DNA of 63,454 nt, counting the filler, from Choristocarpus tenellus KU-1152 (lineage: Eukaryota; Protista; Phaeophyceae): the NCBI GenBank assembly GCA_964200185.2. It is 11 parts of 11 records of this genome, joined end to end, with 100 filler letters (N's around TTAATTAATTAA, not from the genome) between each part and the next. Parts side by side here need not be neighbours in the genome. Positions count along the whole stretch, not along the records: positions 39,446 to 50,456 come from CAXNAD020002566.1; positions 50,557 to 53,368 come from CAXNAD020024540.1; positions 53,469 to 56,599 come from CAXNAD020022103.1; 8 more parts are not named here. One strand, written 5' to 3'. Of this stretch, positions 40,334 through 53,812 are shown one piece after another. Below the pieces are notes generated by a model, which had not been told where the DNA came from, searched no databases, and saw nothing but the letters and a program-made list of their open reading frames with translations. A program made the position numbers and the translations under genes. How positions within the stretch are numbered: position 1 is the stretch's first letter; each line of letters begins with the position of its first letter.

Positions 40334-40867
40334 GGGAGAGGTAACGTGAAGGATCAATATGTGAGGCCAACAAGATGAAGGGGGGACGAGGGTAAGGGGC
40401 AAAGCAAAGAACACAAGTACATTCTGTGGAAGACAATGGTTAAAGTTGTCCTGGCAGCAGGAGTTGGTAAATACACGTGGAGGAAAAGGGAGGGATGGGG
40501 TACTTAAGAGGTACAGTAGGTGGAAATGGGGAGAGGGGCATTTGAAAAGGGAGAGAGGCTGCTGCCATTGTCCTGGAGAGGAAGATGTTGAGAAGCTTGG
40601 CGCATGTAAAGGCTCGTCACCCAAAACTGGTAGTTGAGTTGCATGGTGAACATGCACTGAATCATTGATTGCCCACCAGGTGTCCAACACTGGCTCATCA
40701 TACCGTTGTTTATCATACCATTTGCACGTTACGACTGGTATTGTACAAAACCAAAAATAAACGTACATGAAATCTATGTTATATACCTGCATCAACACGG
40801 ACAACGTAAGGATAACACTAGGTTATTCGACAGAAGAGATGGAAAACAATATTTGCAAGTAAAAGAA

Positions 40868-41127
40868 GAGTCAAAGTATCTGTTAGAGGGTAGAGCCGCA
40901 TCCGTTTGGGGACCAAATTCAATGTTGCCATTTTGATGTGATTTTACCTATCGTGTTTGTTAGGAAGTGTCAATATCCTTGTTCCAGACACACCTTTTCA
41001 TAACATACACACCTTACCTGCGCCAAAACCATTCGGAGAAGGTAAAGTGTCATATAAAACTCGTGGGAACCCAAGGCCTAAACGAGCAAACAGGAGGAAA
41101 CTCGTACCCTCTTAGATACTTTCACTC
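40868..41127 (-). mobile_element. MITE family B, inverted
   Basis: GAGTCAAAGTATCT…AGATACTTTCACTC termini with the family B body. Confidence 0.85.
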
Positions 41128-41692
41128 AGAACACACAAGAATATCCAAGAAAATCCTTTCTTTTCTAAGAAACAAAAGCAGAAGGAGGCCGAAGCCCCGC
41201 AAAGGAGTGAGGAACAGAAGCACTTCCCAGCAGATACAGCATATACTCCGGAGTACTTACCAGGTTGCTGACTTTCCTATATTTTCTTAGCAGTTGTTGT
41301 CTTGGTTTGATTATCGGCTATCTATTACTAACCACTCATGGAAAATTGCAGAGAGTGAGGAGATTATTACCTACACCTACCCTCAGCATTATGGTATGCT
41401 GAGGGGAGATATTGCACAAAACTGAGGATAAAAACAAAACATAGTAATGCTGCGATACGAGTTGTGGGTAAACTTCACACAACACGTATGGCACATAGGT
41501 GACAAGGATTATTCCCCAAGGATTCTCAGCATCACCACCCTTGAATATTCTCGGACAACATCCGACTCTGCACCTCCTCTGAGGTATCTCTAGAGGTCCA
41601 TTGCAAATAATCGGTGTCAAATTTAAATGATGGACTGCTATGGCGTATATATACATCAACATAGTCCCAGAGCATGTCCAGCGTGGGTGTCA

Positions 41693-41930
41693 GTGCCAAA
41701 GTAAACGAGAAGTACCCAGGTTTTGGCCGATTTGCATTGAAGTCTGTTTTTCAATCTATTACAATTCACCCGTATTTCCATGGAGGGAGTTCTAAGTTTG
41801 ACTTGAGAGCGTTTATTTCTATGTTGTGTTAAGCTTCTCGACGCAACTCAGAAAATAAGCTACACGAATTTGTAAAGAAAAAAATGCACGTATTTGTCAG
41901 TATCTAGGTACCTCTTGTCTACTTTGACTA
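41693..41930 (+). mobile_element. MITE family E (related copies or fragments at 11795-12010, 31159-31307, 36244-36407 and about 61650-61951)
   Basis: TIR CAAAGTAAACGAGAAGTACC…GGTACCTCTTGTCTACTTTGACT; internal GTTCTAAGTTTGACTTGAGAG, or adjacent body sequence, shared with the other copies in both orientations. Confidence 0.78.
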
Positions 41931-42345
41931 TTTAGTAAGCGCAAATGATGAATTGTGTACCGTGGTACGGGTGATGAGCACAGTAATCTTTGCTCTAGGC
42001 AATGGCAAGAGAAAGGTTAATAATGAATGGGTGCTGCCAATATCCCTACAACAGACAACCTCTCACTGAACAGCATTATTGTTAAAGAAAATTCTCAAAA
42101 GACTCTCAGTTTGGCTTGTCCCCATTGGATTTCTGCATTGAAGAACTAGTAGTGCCGTACATTGTAGTGTACTTCAGTGTATATGGCACTTGGATGTGCA
42201 AAGTACAAAGAACTACGATTAAACGTGAAAAGGAAATAAATAAATTGTTGGTGCTCAACATGCTTTGAAGTAGAAAGGGACTTGGCATGAGAGGTGCTTC
42301 CATGTCAGTTTCTGTTCTCCTCTCATTCAATTAAATCTTCTCTCA

Positions 42346-42518
42346 GACTCAAAGTATCTGGGGGGGGGGATCTACACCAGGGTGTCCATTTGGGCCATGA
42401 CCAGGAGAAGTGAAATTCCATTATCCATCCGATGCATGCAACCAAATCACCCAAAAATCGCGATATGGCAAAATGGGCCCCGAATGGCCACTGTGCCCCC
42501 CCCCAGATACTTTGATCT
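42346..42518 (+). mobile_element. MITE family A, full copy
   Basis: Same internal sequence (CTACACCAGGGTGTCCATTTGG…CAACCAAATCACCCAAAAAT); exact TSD TCA. Confidence 0.9.
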
Positions 42519-42849
42519 TCATTAGGCTTCACTTGCTTACGTATTGCCACTTGCCTGATTAATCCAGAGTGTAGAGTTCTACCATAAGGTCCAAAGCTTA
42601 CTAATTCAGTAAAAAACGCACAATTAGAGTATTGCTATTTGGATATGTACTTTGTACCCAAAATAGTATTTTGCCTGAAGACTACTCCATACTATAACAA
42701 GCAACGGGTGCTAAATACCTCCTACATGGGAGACTCCACACTTAGCTACCCATACTCATGACCCTGGGCTGCGAATCCCCTCCTGTTGGGTAACAACAAC
42801 ATCCTCTAAAATTGACTGAACCAACCAACCATTAAACGTGAGCTGCTTT

Positions 42850-43140
42850 GAAGGAGGGGCGACTGGGCTGCATATACAACAGCCTCATTCTTTGACATGG
42901 GTTCGGTAAAGGCACAACTATAAAGTCGCACAATAATAACAACGTACATCTTGACAGGAAAAGGGTTAATACATAATGGAATCAACGTTCGGTGGGGGCT
43001 GGGGCTAGGCCTCCCCAATTTCTGACCAGATACTGTCACTAACTGGGCCTTGAGTCCAGCTTGCACCTTTCACCCCTTCATTACCAGAGGCCACCATTTC
43101 AAACACTGTTCTGATTCACCCTCAACACGATTCCTGCGGG
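42850..43140 (-). mobile_element. Decayed copia-like reverse-transcriptase relic
   Basis: GLKAQLVTVSGQKLG resembles the copia RT motif KARLVAxGxxQxxG. Confidence 0.3.
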
Positions 43141-43452
43141 TTTTGTTACCCTGCTTAGCTCACCAGAGTGGATAAACAATGGGTGCTCTAAGGTTTGTAT
43201 TTGTATTCCATACACGACATACATACATTCCATTAACACTTTCAGAAAAGTCTTTCATGAATCACTGTAGAGTCTCCTCGTTAGACACATCGAGCCAATC
43301 CTGCAATCTTACTCCCACTCACAAACGAGCACACGTGCTATACATGCACAAACATGCAAAAACATAATACACACACAACATAACATAGATATATGCACAC
43401 ATACATGTTCAAGTGCATGAACCAGTGCTGAGCCTATCCGACAAACAAAGAT

Positions 43453-46400
43453 CTACCATTCAGCAAAGACAGAGTCATCCCCAGTGAAGATAGGAACATC
43501 TTTGTGATCTCCATCATCCACTGCAGGAGGGGCCACCTCCTTTGGTGGTTTCCAAGGTGCCTGCTTGATGGCATGGATTACATTTGTAGCAGGTGTGCAA
43601 CACAATGACATATCAAAAGAGAATGGTGAGGGAGAAAGAAGGGTGTTGTTTGATGGCTCACAAATAGATTGGCATGGACCAGAAATACGCTTGTTTGGGG
43701 ATGAAGTTAAATATTCAGAGACATTATTTTCAGAAATTTCTTAAGTAGTGATACACGTAAGAGTAGTGAGAACAGTTGATTCGGGGAGGATGGTTGAAAG
43801 ATGTATAGGTAGAGCTGAAGAAGGTGGTCCAGACTTCAGAGTCAAGTCTGCAATGATGACCTGCAAGTAGAATGCACATAACACGTGTCAGACAAAACTC
43901 AGCATGCCAACAGAGCAACAATACCTCTACCATAGAACGCATTTAGTTTTAGAAACATATTTTTATTTTGTTTCCTTTCAATCGTACCGTCATCTTCTTT
44001 TGACGAAGCTCTTGCCACTTGATGCAAGCAAAGTACGGGTGGTTGCGAATGTCATCTGATCCACCTGCCAGGTTCCCTAATCTTTCCGAGGGATCAGGCT
44101 GCAGCAACTTCACAACAAGATCTCGCGAATCTGTGCCACCTGCCTGTAATGGGACACTCAGATGGGTTACAACTCGTGGAGAAGAGATACTAGACGTGGT
44201 TTGTTGGGGCTCACGATATACTGTTAAGTCCTGTCATTTTTACATGGATTGGACTTCACCACTTCAAGTTTACGTCTCAGGAAGTTGTGATCCTCAAAGT
44301 AAGAGATCAACGAAGAATTAATAGGAGTAGGTTGGAACTTCCATCTTCTTTTCCCACTTCGACTCAAGTGTGACTTTGGCTCAAGTGCAACTTTGACTCT
44401 CTTCACCGCTATTTTACTCACCAATGTTCCCCCCTGCTTCCACACAACTGAACCATGGCAGCCGCAAACATTCACTTCATTAATTGTGCCAGGCCTAGAT
44501 CTTGCATACTTCACCTTGGTGTCATAATTTTGGGGGAAGCTAATTCCATCCCTTTTTGTGCTCGCTATACGTGTGAACAGGGCAGTCATGTCGTTGGGTA
44601 GATTTGGTGGCTGGAATGGTGTGAAGCCGGCAATGAACTCATAGGTTAGAATTCCCAATGCCCAGCAATCGACGGATCTGCGGCAATTTGTAAGCGGTAG
44701 AGACAGAGATGTGAGGCTCAAAGGGTGTGTGCATATTGGGTACTACGAGCAGTAGCACAACGACCTATGCCAATCAGACAGAGGTTGAAGTGCATTATTG
44801 TTGTTGCTATTATGTGAGTATTTGCACAAGCGAACGGAAAGGAGGTAGTCAAGGCATTCATGTCTTACGTATTGCTTAATCTAGAAATAAATCATCATAT
44901 TCAACGAGAAACAATGGCTGCTATTTTTAGACCAGAAAAACGATGCTTGCATACAAATTTCTGCATTCAAGTGATGGAGAACTACTGTATTGACTATGCT
45001 CTAGTGCTCCTCGACCTCGCCCTTCACTACAGTCCTTTAGCGATTATGGAAATTCATTGAGTTTGAATTTTCAACTCGTTTTCCTTAATGTTTTTGTCAC
45101 TTACAGCTCCAAGGCGACAGTATCACAGTATCCTTTACACCACACACTTTGGGTTCTACACAAGCACACAAGTGCACAAGTGGGCACACAAATACACACA
45201 CTAATGAAAGCATCAGATATGGTTGGGGAGCCTTGCCATGAGTGAAGGCGTGTGCACCAGTTTTGTTGATGCCTTTATAATATGGGGAAGATCATGCCCA
45301 TATGCTCAATGCGATGAAATGGTCTGTACTATATAGTTTGGGTTGTGCCCGTAAATCAACATATGACCACACACACTCCCACTATACCTTTCTGTAGTGG
45401 TGCGGGGATGGTTCCTGTTCTTACCTGTCATGTCCGCTGTTGAAGATGAACTCCGGTGCAAGGTACTCTGGAGTGCCACACATTGTGAAAGACTTGGGGT
45501 GGATCTCTGGCTTACCATCTACAATGATTGTAAAAGGCATTTTCTTTGCAAAACCCAGATCAATCAGTCGTGGATACCCTTGACTGTCGACCATGATATT
45601 CTCAGGCTGAGTATTCCGCCATCCAGTCATGTGAGGGGGAAGGGTGGGAGGGGTTGGCAGATGTGTGGCTATGATGGAGGGCAGCAAACCAAAACAGATG
45701 AGTTTGCTCAAGCAATGACAGCCTGCTGAATTGGGCAGATGTCAAAGTGCTGCAGAGATACAAATGCAAATATAGTGATGCTCTTTTGGGATAGAGTACA
45801 ATTGCACGAAAACATTCACTTCAACCATACATATTGCGTCCACAACAAGGAAGGGTTTTCCTGCCTGTTGCTATGGTCTGACTCAGGTATGATACCTAAA
45901 GATTAGGACAGCATTGTGGCAGCAGAGGATCAGAGGATATTTTTTTGTACCTTTGTTCCCTTCTTTGTTTTTCCCTATCACAATCGAAAATCTCTCTCAT
46001 TATTTCCTTGCTTGATAACCTACCCATTTCTGATCTTTTTTAGTTATAGAAACCCTTGAACAATAGGATCGTCTCTATGCCACTTCCGCCAATTGGATAC
46101 ATTTACTCTTAGTTCACATTCCCACATCTGTCGCCTTGGCACCACTGGCTAGTTCACAGCATCTAAATTGAAACGGATAGTCACCATTTGACAATGATTT
46201 TGTCATGTTATCATCATACCTGCTTATACTTGTTCATTCAGATTATTTCAGGGCACAAAGTGTCAAAACGTTTGACTGCAGTATGCACAGGGTACTCCAA
46301 GGGGTCAGGGGTGGTGTGAGAAAGTACTCAAAAGTGTGCAGCAGATAGCAGAGAGTCATAGCATTTTTCTAGACGTGCATATATTTAGGTCTTTTCGGGC

Positions 46401-49400
46401 CTTCTAAATCTGCCATATCCGAAAAGCAACTAAAGGGAGATATATGTTTCTCTACGCAAGCACAAAATCGACCTTCAGAGTGCTAGGAGCACATGCACCT
46501 TAAGGCAATCACAGAGGTCCCTTACAATCAGTGGTAACCCCCTCTTGGATGCTATGAGTCAGAGGAGGGGCAATGTGTACTTCTCCTGTGGTACAACAGT
46601 AAGTACTGCCCTCTGTGAAGAAGTGGTTTCATCTCTCATGCGGCCTCCTCACCCCAAAACCATATGGAAGGCTCTTGTGGACTAACCAAATGTCAACACC
46701 AGTGGCCTACCTTGAGGTCCCTGTATGCAACTCCAAGATTGTGCATATAAGCTAATGCTTCCAATACACATGCTGCATAGAACCTGGACAAATACGGGGG
46801 AGGAGAGAGAAGGGAACTTATATAATGTGATGAAGGCCGACTAGTGAAGGTCATTGCCACACTTTGGTTGTTTTGCTCCTGGGGGTCGGAGGGAGTCATG
46901 CTAAGGTTGAAGGAATAGAAGGGGGTGCAGGGCGAGTGTAGCATCTTGTCTCAATTTGGTGTGTAGACACTGTTGTTGATGTAAGCATTTTTTAAACACC
47001 ATTTTTTCTACCATCAACCATATAATTAGTGATTCTGGTATGATATACAAGGAATGATCACTGTCTGTCCATAACAGGTAAAATGGCCGAGTACTGCTGT
47101 TGTGCTCTTTGGATGTGGTAGACTTCATTTCGGGGAAATGGGGGGGAGTGGTCAAGTTTGTATGAAAAGTGGGTATGTCCAGTAGTACAGCGGAGGGTGG
47201 GCAGTGTCACTGTGTGGTGTGAAAAAGGGGATGTAATACACTTGAATATAAGAACAGTAGGTGATCACAATGTATCAATGACAAGCAAGCCAATAATTTT
47301 GTTTTAGAGTCTATCAACGCCTTACCAGCGACACAAGCCTTGTGTCCTCTCTATTCTCCAAAAAAGCAGGAAATCACTAATTCTAATAAATTGATCGCAC
47401 TATCTGGAGTGTGGGATGAATAAGTGCTCTATCTCTCCTCCCTTGATACTACCACCACTCAAGCCATATCTCAACTCAGGTCACACATATCACATACGCT
47501 TGCCTTCCATGTTCAATAGGGAGACACCCCTCTTTGAACCCACTAGTGCCCTCGTAAATGATAGACCACATTTCCCCAGCTGTGACTGCTTCCATAAGAA
47601 AGTATATGGAGTTATCATCCTGTGGATCAGTTTGATGATGTGGAAGGTGCTATTTGTGGGTGTGTGTGTGAATTGGATTGAGCGGTTTACAGTATCTGGA
47701 ATGTAGGAACGGAAATTCTATGCTGAGAATGATTGGGTTCTTTTTAAAGTACAATATCATAGTGTTGAGTTAGGATGGTAGTGGGTATGAGGGGGCGGTA
47801 TATAGCCATCTCTTTTTAAAACGGTGAATCATACGGAATCCACATGAGAGGCTGTAAGACCACCCTCAATACTTTCAATTTAGCAAGTACAGGAACACAG
47901 TGTGGGAGTGACTTGTGCAGGTTTGAAGTGTTGAAATATGGGTATGGATCACTTGTGTTGTATTGATCTCAAGATACTGGGTGCTAGTGGCTGGTTTCTT
48001 CAGTTGGGTGTCCGTTGAACTTGAGAGATACGTCGATGAGTGCCCTGCATACGTTCAAAGTTGAGACCCAAAGGAACGCACCTGAAATAACTACTACTTC
48101 GTCTGAAGTAGTACCATGGTAGTTTTAAGCTAGCCTTGGCAGAAACAAAAAGTAGTATATATTAGAGTACAAGTGTTGCACCTGAAATGTGCTGTAGAGC
48201 TGCAGGATGAGACTGTGTTCCATATTCTGTAGGAGCAGACGCTCATCCTTAACATGTGCCAGCTGCCCCCTCTCGATTACTGCCTTCTTACTAAGGGCCT
48301 TTAAAGCAAAATGGGGTATACCTTGCAGGCTCGATCGCTCTTGCTTCTCCCTGTATATGGCAATTATTCAAGGTGGTGTTGCACATGTGAATGCTGAATG
48401 TGTGCTATTCATCCCTATTCGATTTAGTGGAGGATGTAAAAGAAGAGCTTGCTATACCTCAGCTTACATGGTTCCAAGGGAGAAAGGCGATACAACCTAC
48501 GGTACCTGCGTCCACTATCTGTAGATATAGATGCACCTGTTTTGATCCCTTCTAACAACCCCCTTCTCCTCTCTACTCTTCTTTACTAAAGTGAGCAAAC
48601 ATAATTTGCATCGTGCTAAGGCAGGATGTTGAAGAACCAGCAGCAAGGTAGAAAAATCCAAAATTATTCCACCAAAAGAGTGCCTGGAGAAGTACAAGTC
48701 TGTCCTCACGTGTCCTTGAAGGTCACCAGGGTCACCCTTCCAAAACTCCCTGTTCCAAGGAAAATCTCTGTCTGGAAGTCGTCCATAGTGAATCTTTCGC
48801 AAGAATCCTTGTTTGCGAACCTTTCCGTTGGCATGTGGGAGATACATATGCTCGGAAGATCAAGAGCACAGCTTTATCAGGTGCAATAGCCCCGAGGAGC
48901 AGATTGAACGCTTTTTTTTTGGTGCACAAATCGCGAAACCCCACCCCGATTTGTATGATACACTCCTTAGTAGTGAGTAAACACGTTATAGGTCTGTAGC
49001 TCCTCAATCCCCACATGGTACCATTTACTACTACAATAGGTGGGACACAGAGTTTTACTCGATTCACTGCACTCCTTTCAGCTCTCATGTCCGGTGCTAG
49101 TACGAAGTCTCTAGCCTGTTTTCAAAATAAACCACATACCAAATGTTTATATGTCGCAGCAGCATATATTTGAAATGTTTTTGGTGTGTCCATCACTTGC
49201 TCAGTTCATAGTGTACTGTTTGCTTGTTGTCAAGAAAATCAGGATCCAACTACTATATCCTCAAGACACAGAAGACAGTACTGGAAAGAGTTTTACAGCC
49301 CCAGCTCTGCTTCCAGTTTGACAAAACACACAAAATGTCATACTCAAAGAAGAAATGCCATCATGTGCCTGTACATATCACTGGCAAGTCTTGTGACTCC

Positions 49401-49528
49401 TCCTACCTTTGGCTTTTGACCCTTCGAAGCAAACTTTGTCGACCACGAAGCTGCAATGAGAATGCATCTCGAATGTTTCCAACAATTGACTCAAAACGCT
49501 CCACAGTGAAGTAACTGATGCGAAGATC
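43453..49528 (-). CDS. cGMP/cAMP-dependent (PKG/PKA-like AGC) protein kinase, nine 3' exons
   Basis: Exons 49407-49528, 48710-48871 ([12 protein letters not shown]), 48182-48350 (FALKAL…HVKDER), 47504-47619, 46711-46783 (AYRDLK), 45425-45606 (PEN…IDLGFAK…[12 protein letters not shown]), 44515-44677 (VDCWALG), 43988-44143 ([19 protein letters not shown]) and 43453-43560 (APWKPP…FAEW*). All phases are compatible. The first exon resembles the end of a cNMP-binding domain. Confidence 0.95.
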
Positions 49529-49542
49529 CTGGTTGTAGCAGG

Positions 49543-49596
<54 letters not shown>

Positions 49597-50277
49597 TTGT
49601 GTGTGTATGCTCTTCTTTGTGTTTACGAATATCTATATGTACACCTGGGAGTGAGTGCACTTAATCCCCATTGCTACCTTGAATAAGAATGGTTTTGAAT
49701 AAAGGTACAAGAGGCTTGTCTCAAGGTTTGTCCCTTGCAACAGTTTATTCAGATACCTTTCATTCCTTCCTCCTCCTACTCTGTGTCATGTTTCTGTCTT
49801 GTCACATCCAGGTATTATCCATCTACAGTTGCTCCCTAACTCCCTTTCGATGCCTCCAAATATGCAAAGGACTATTTCACCAGAATTCTACTCGCTAATG
49901 GGGTTTGGGTAATCCATATGCCAGTGGTAGTGATGCTACAAAATCATAACGTCCATTCCGCCCAGGCTTGGTATATGACCCCACTCTGCAACCAGGGGGG
50001 TAGGTGACCTATACAAGTTGACACCTACTAAGCACTAGCATAGGAGTCTAACACACTAGAACCGGCTGCACAACTGAGAACCTGAACTGGTAGAGATCAT
50101 CTCCAACAAATATGTGAAATGTTTTGGTTGTAGACCAATGACCCTCCATGACCTATTCATTCTTCTGGTAGAACCATGACGATTTCCAATGGATAGTCAT
50201 TTATCAAATGTGCAACTCAAAATGAGCAGGAACAGCACAAGTGAGGAGGAGGGCCGTGGATGAGACATTTTCATGTA

Positions 50278-50456
50278 GAGTGAAACTATCTTAGAGGGTA
50301 CGAATTTTTCCCTGTTTGTCCATATGTGGGGCTTGGCTTCCCATGTTTTTTTTAATGACATTTTCCGACTCCAAAATGTTTCGGAGTAGGTAAAATATAT
50401 ACATATGAAAGGTGTGTCCGAAACATAGATATTGACACTTCCTAACAAACACGATA
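50278..50456 (+). mobile_element. MITE family B, truncated at contig end
   Basis: Left TIR and body run into the linker. Confidence 0.85.
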
Positions 50457-50619
50457 NNNNNNNNNNNNNNNNNNNNNNNNNNNNNNNNNNNNNNNNNNNN
50501 TTAATTAATTAANNNNNNNNNNNNNNNNNNNNNNNNNNNNNNNNNNNNNNNNNNNNCCCCCCTAACAGATACTTTGGTCCACCTTACCCACTTGGGTGCC
50601 AAAGTAACCCCCACAAAAG

Positions 50620-50975
50620 CGCAACACCACAGTGATATCAACTACATCCCCAGAGAGATGGTTGTACTTGGTAGAGGCTGTGTTGCCAGCAGAGGAGAAC
50701 AAGCATTCAGATACGGCTGAAGTGAATTGCGAAGGCAAATACTTACATCCCCAAACTACTCAACTTTCCAAAACCTCCTCCTTTGCCTTCCACCAGTTGA
50801 GGAGACCACCAGCCTCTCCACCACGTTCGCGTTCACCGGCTGCATACCGTGGTATACCTCCAGCTGGCATTGCAGTTTATCCTAAGTCTCGTAGGGGATC
50901 TCCAACCTTGGCATATCGTGGCACTTCCCCCACCTCCATCTCTACAGGAGGGTATCCCATCTTCCTGCTGCTGTG
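50620..50975 (-). pseudogene. Degenerate hAT transposase C-terminal dimerisation domain
   Basis: The minus frame reads GLLNWWKAKEEVLES*VVWGCKYLPSQFTSAVSECLFSSAGNTASTKYNHLSGDVV, matching the hATC pattern L.WWK…KYL…TS..SER.FS.AG…L, with in-frame stops. Confidence 0.72.
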
Positions 50976-52784
50976 AGTGACTTCTAGGTAGCCTTCTCCA
51001 GCAAACAGGGGATTTGAAAAATTGAGGATGGAGCTTTTCATTGAGGATGGGCTTGACCCAAAATTGACTGGGAGAAAGTGTAGATATGTTTTTTTTTACC
51101 ATGATGAGGAAAAGAGGTTACAAACTCTTGAACTTCATTCAGTGCTGGGGGAAAATTTCACAGTCAATACCTTAACTTAATCGATTTCCTCAATGTCCCC
51201 CACCTTTCCTTCTTCTATACCACTCTCTTCTTTGTCAATGTCACCTTTGCTTGCGGTAGTCAAGTACATGTCCAGTGCACTCTCCCAACTCTCATCTGCC
51301 ATGATGACCAGCATTATACGAAAGTATTGATCAACAGGAGTGGATCTATGGCCACTAATTCTTCAACCCTCTCAAGTACACATCGTCTATTATGAACACC
51401 ACCAGGTCATTAGTCATTGTTAACAACGTGTACATTTCAGTTGGTGTATGACTGGCTCACTATTACATCCCAAGTGCTGTGAATTTTCGTCAGTGACACC
51501 CACAGGAAAGAACATAAAAAGTATTTGTTTATTCCATCGACATGTTCTTAGACACGACATTTCTCCCCCCACAGAAAATGTCATAGTTTGAACGACCAAA
51601 GAATCTGTCCATATGACGCAATAAGAAAAAGAAAATCGCATCATAACAATACCATTATTGTCAATATCGTATCAAATATCAAATCGCTCCAATGTTTTTT
51701 AGACCCATTGCTAAGTGAGAGTGACTATCTATAATAATACATTTTAAGGGCATATTATATACCAAAACGAATCTAAAACAAAAATTCTACTTCCAAATAT
51801 CTTATTTCAATGGTGTGGAAGTATGTAAGGCTGACAACAAAGAGGTGGGGTGACCCTCCCTTGCAATGTAAACAACGTGTACGGAGTGAGGGAATGAGGT
51901 AGGATTTGATTCCGTAATCGGCAATGTGATATTGCAACTACGATTGCAAATTATTTTTAACGTACCACCATGTTGAACTGGTGTATCGGATGAAACGATT
52001 TATGGTTGTTGAATTTTGATCGAACAAATTGAAATTATGGGGGTGAAACTTCAAGTTGAAGGATCCGGTTTCGAGTTTTAATCAGATACGGATGTTGAGT
52101 AATCCTATTATACACTGTGCCATGTATTACATGCACTTTGAATTAACTATTCGTGATTTCAGGGTTCAATGATTGGAAGATGAGGTTGGAGTTATGGCTA
52201 GACAGTTTGGTCGAGTGAAGGTATTTTGCATCGTCGAAGGTGTTATGCAATCTTCATCCTCGTATGTATTCTTGATGCAGGGTTATTGAAATCGACAATC
52301 TTCAGCAGTTATTTGCAAAATGTATGTACTTTTTGACTAAAAAAGGAAGCGGGAACCAATATTCCAGAAGTCCGACATTCGATACATAAATAATTTATTC
52401 ACCTGTCGTACAAGCAGGTGAGACCTTGGTCTCAAGTTAAGTTGTTACCGAGGGTAGGGGAGGATACTAACTTGAAGCGAATACATTCTTACAACTACCA
52501 AAACACTACCATCATCACCAAGGAACTATTACGTGACCAGAGTCAGAAATACCAAGATCTCTCCAGGTGGAAGCGAGAGTGAGTAAGGTTAACGCCAGAC
52601 ACCATATCCCTAACCCTAGAAAATTCAAATGTCGTCTCGTTTTTACTGTATGAGTTGATTTCCACGTACAACCCGCTAAGAATGGTACATACTATGTGAG
52701 CACTATGCGTTTTCCATTATTTGTGTCACTCAAGTATTTTAGTTTTGTCGATTACATGTGTTCTTATTGTTTCGCTTGCATACA

Positions 52785-52961
52785 GGCTCAAAGTATTTGG
52801 GGGGGGGTTGGCGGCTGTCCATTTGGGGTCAATTTTTGCATGTCGCAATTTTTGGGTGATTTGGTTGCATATGTCGCATGGAAAATGTAAATGAACTTTT
52901 CCTAATTTTGACCCAAATGGACACCCTGGTGTAGAACCCTCCCCCCCAGATATTTCGGGTC
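52785..52961 (-). mobile_element. MITE family A, full copy, inverted
   Basis: Same internal sequence; flanks ACA/ACT (one mismatch). Confidence 0.88.
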
Positions 52962-53535
52962 ACTGCATATATTTTATTCCCCAAATGGGACCCTAACAAG
53001 TTTTGACGCCTTGCTTGGATGTTACACTTTTGAAATACTACGTCCACATTTTCCGTTAAAATATCGCAAACTGTTACGCGTATAACATGATCATTTAGGA
53101 ATGATTAGGTCTGAGGGTGTTGCGGGCACTAAATAATGTTGCATACATTCAGCCTCAGTGTCATGAGAATACCGTTTTGTTGCTTTTAACATACACATGG
53201 TTGTGCCATAGAACATGTAATATGATAAAATTATTATATACTTCACACTTTGTGTTACTGTTACAGGCGCCATTCAATGCTCACCTTCCAGGATGTACAA
53301 CTCAAATCCAACGACCTCAAACGACGCTACGAGGAAAGTCCACAGATGATAACCACGTTCGGTGTCTGNNNNNNNNNNNNNNNNNNNNNNNNNNNNNNNN
53401 NNNNNNNNNNNNTTAATTAATTAANNNNNNNNNNNNNNNNNNNNNNNNNNNNNNNNNNNNNNNNNNNNAAAAAAGAGTTGTTTGACCGACACGGACGCCC
53501 CCTCACAAACCACCCCCCCCCAGATACTTTGAGCC

Positions 53536-53812
53536 AGCGAAGCAGACGGATGAGGAGAAGAGGGAAGGTGCACAGCATTTCCACATAGAACAATATTTCA
53601 GACCAGATGCGCAGCAATAGGGCATTGACCTTGCCCAATATTTTGATGTCAGTGGCATGTTCGGCCCTGGTGGCCTTGTGCATTCTGAGGACCAGAGAAC
53701 GTAGGTATGACGGAGATTGCTAGAAAGAGTTTCGAAATTTACGGCGCGTAGGGAGGAAGGAAACCTTGAAGACTTGGCCATTGACATGATTGCTCAAGTA
53801 CAAGGAAAGTGA
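53536..53812 (+). pseudogene. Decayed ORF of unknown origin
   Basis: Protein-like frame (…HFHIEQYFRPDAQQ*GIDLAQYFDVSGMFGPGG…RRLLERVSKF…) with three internal stops. Confidence 0.3.

Noticed and set aside
45545-45570. DLG instead of DFG as a sign of an inactive kinase
   Set aside because: DLG is a tolerated variant; the Lys, RDLKPEN and APE motifs are intact.
50278-50580. One family B MITE spanning the linker, implying true contig adjacency
   Set aside because: Most contigs start or end in such elements, so the match is expected by chance, and no matching TSD is seen.
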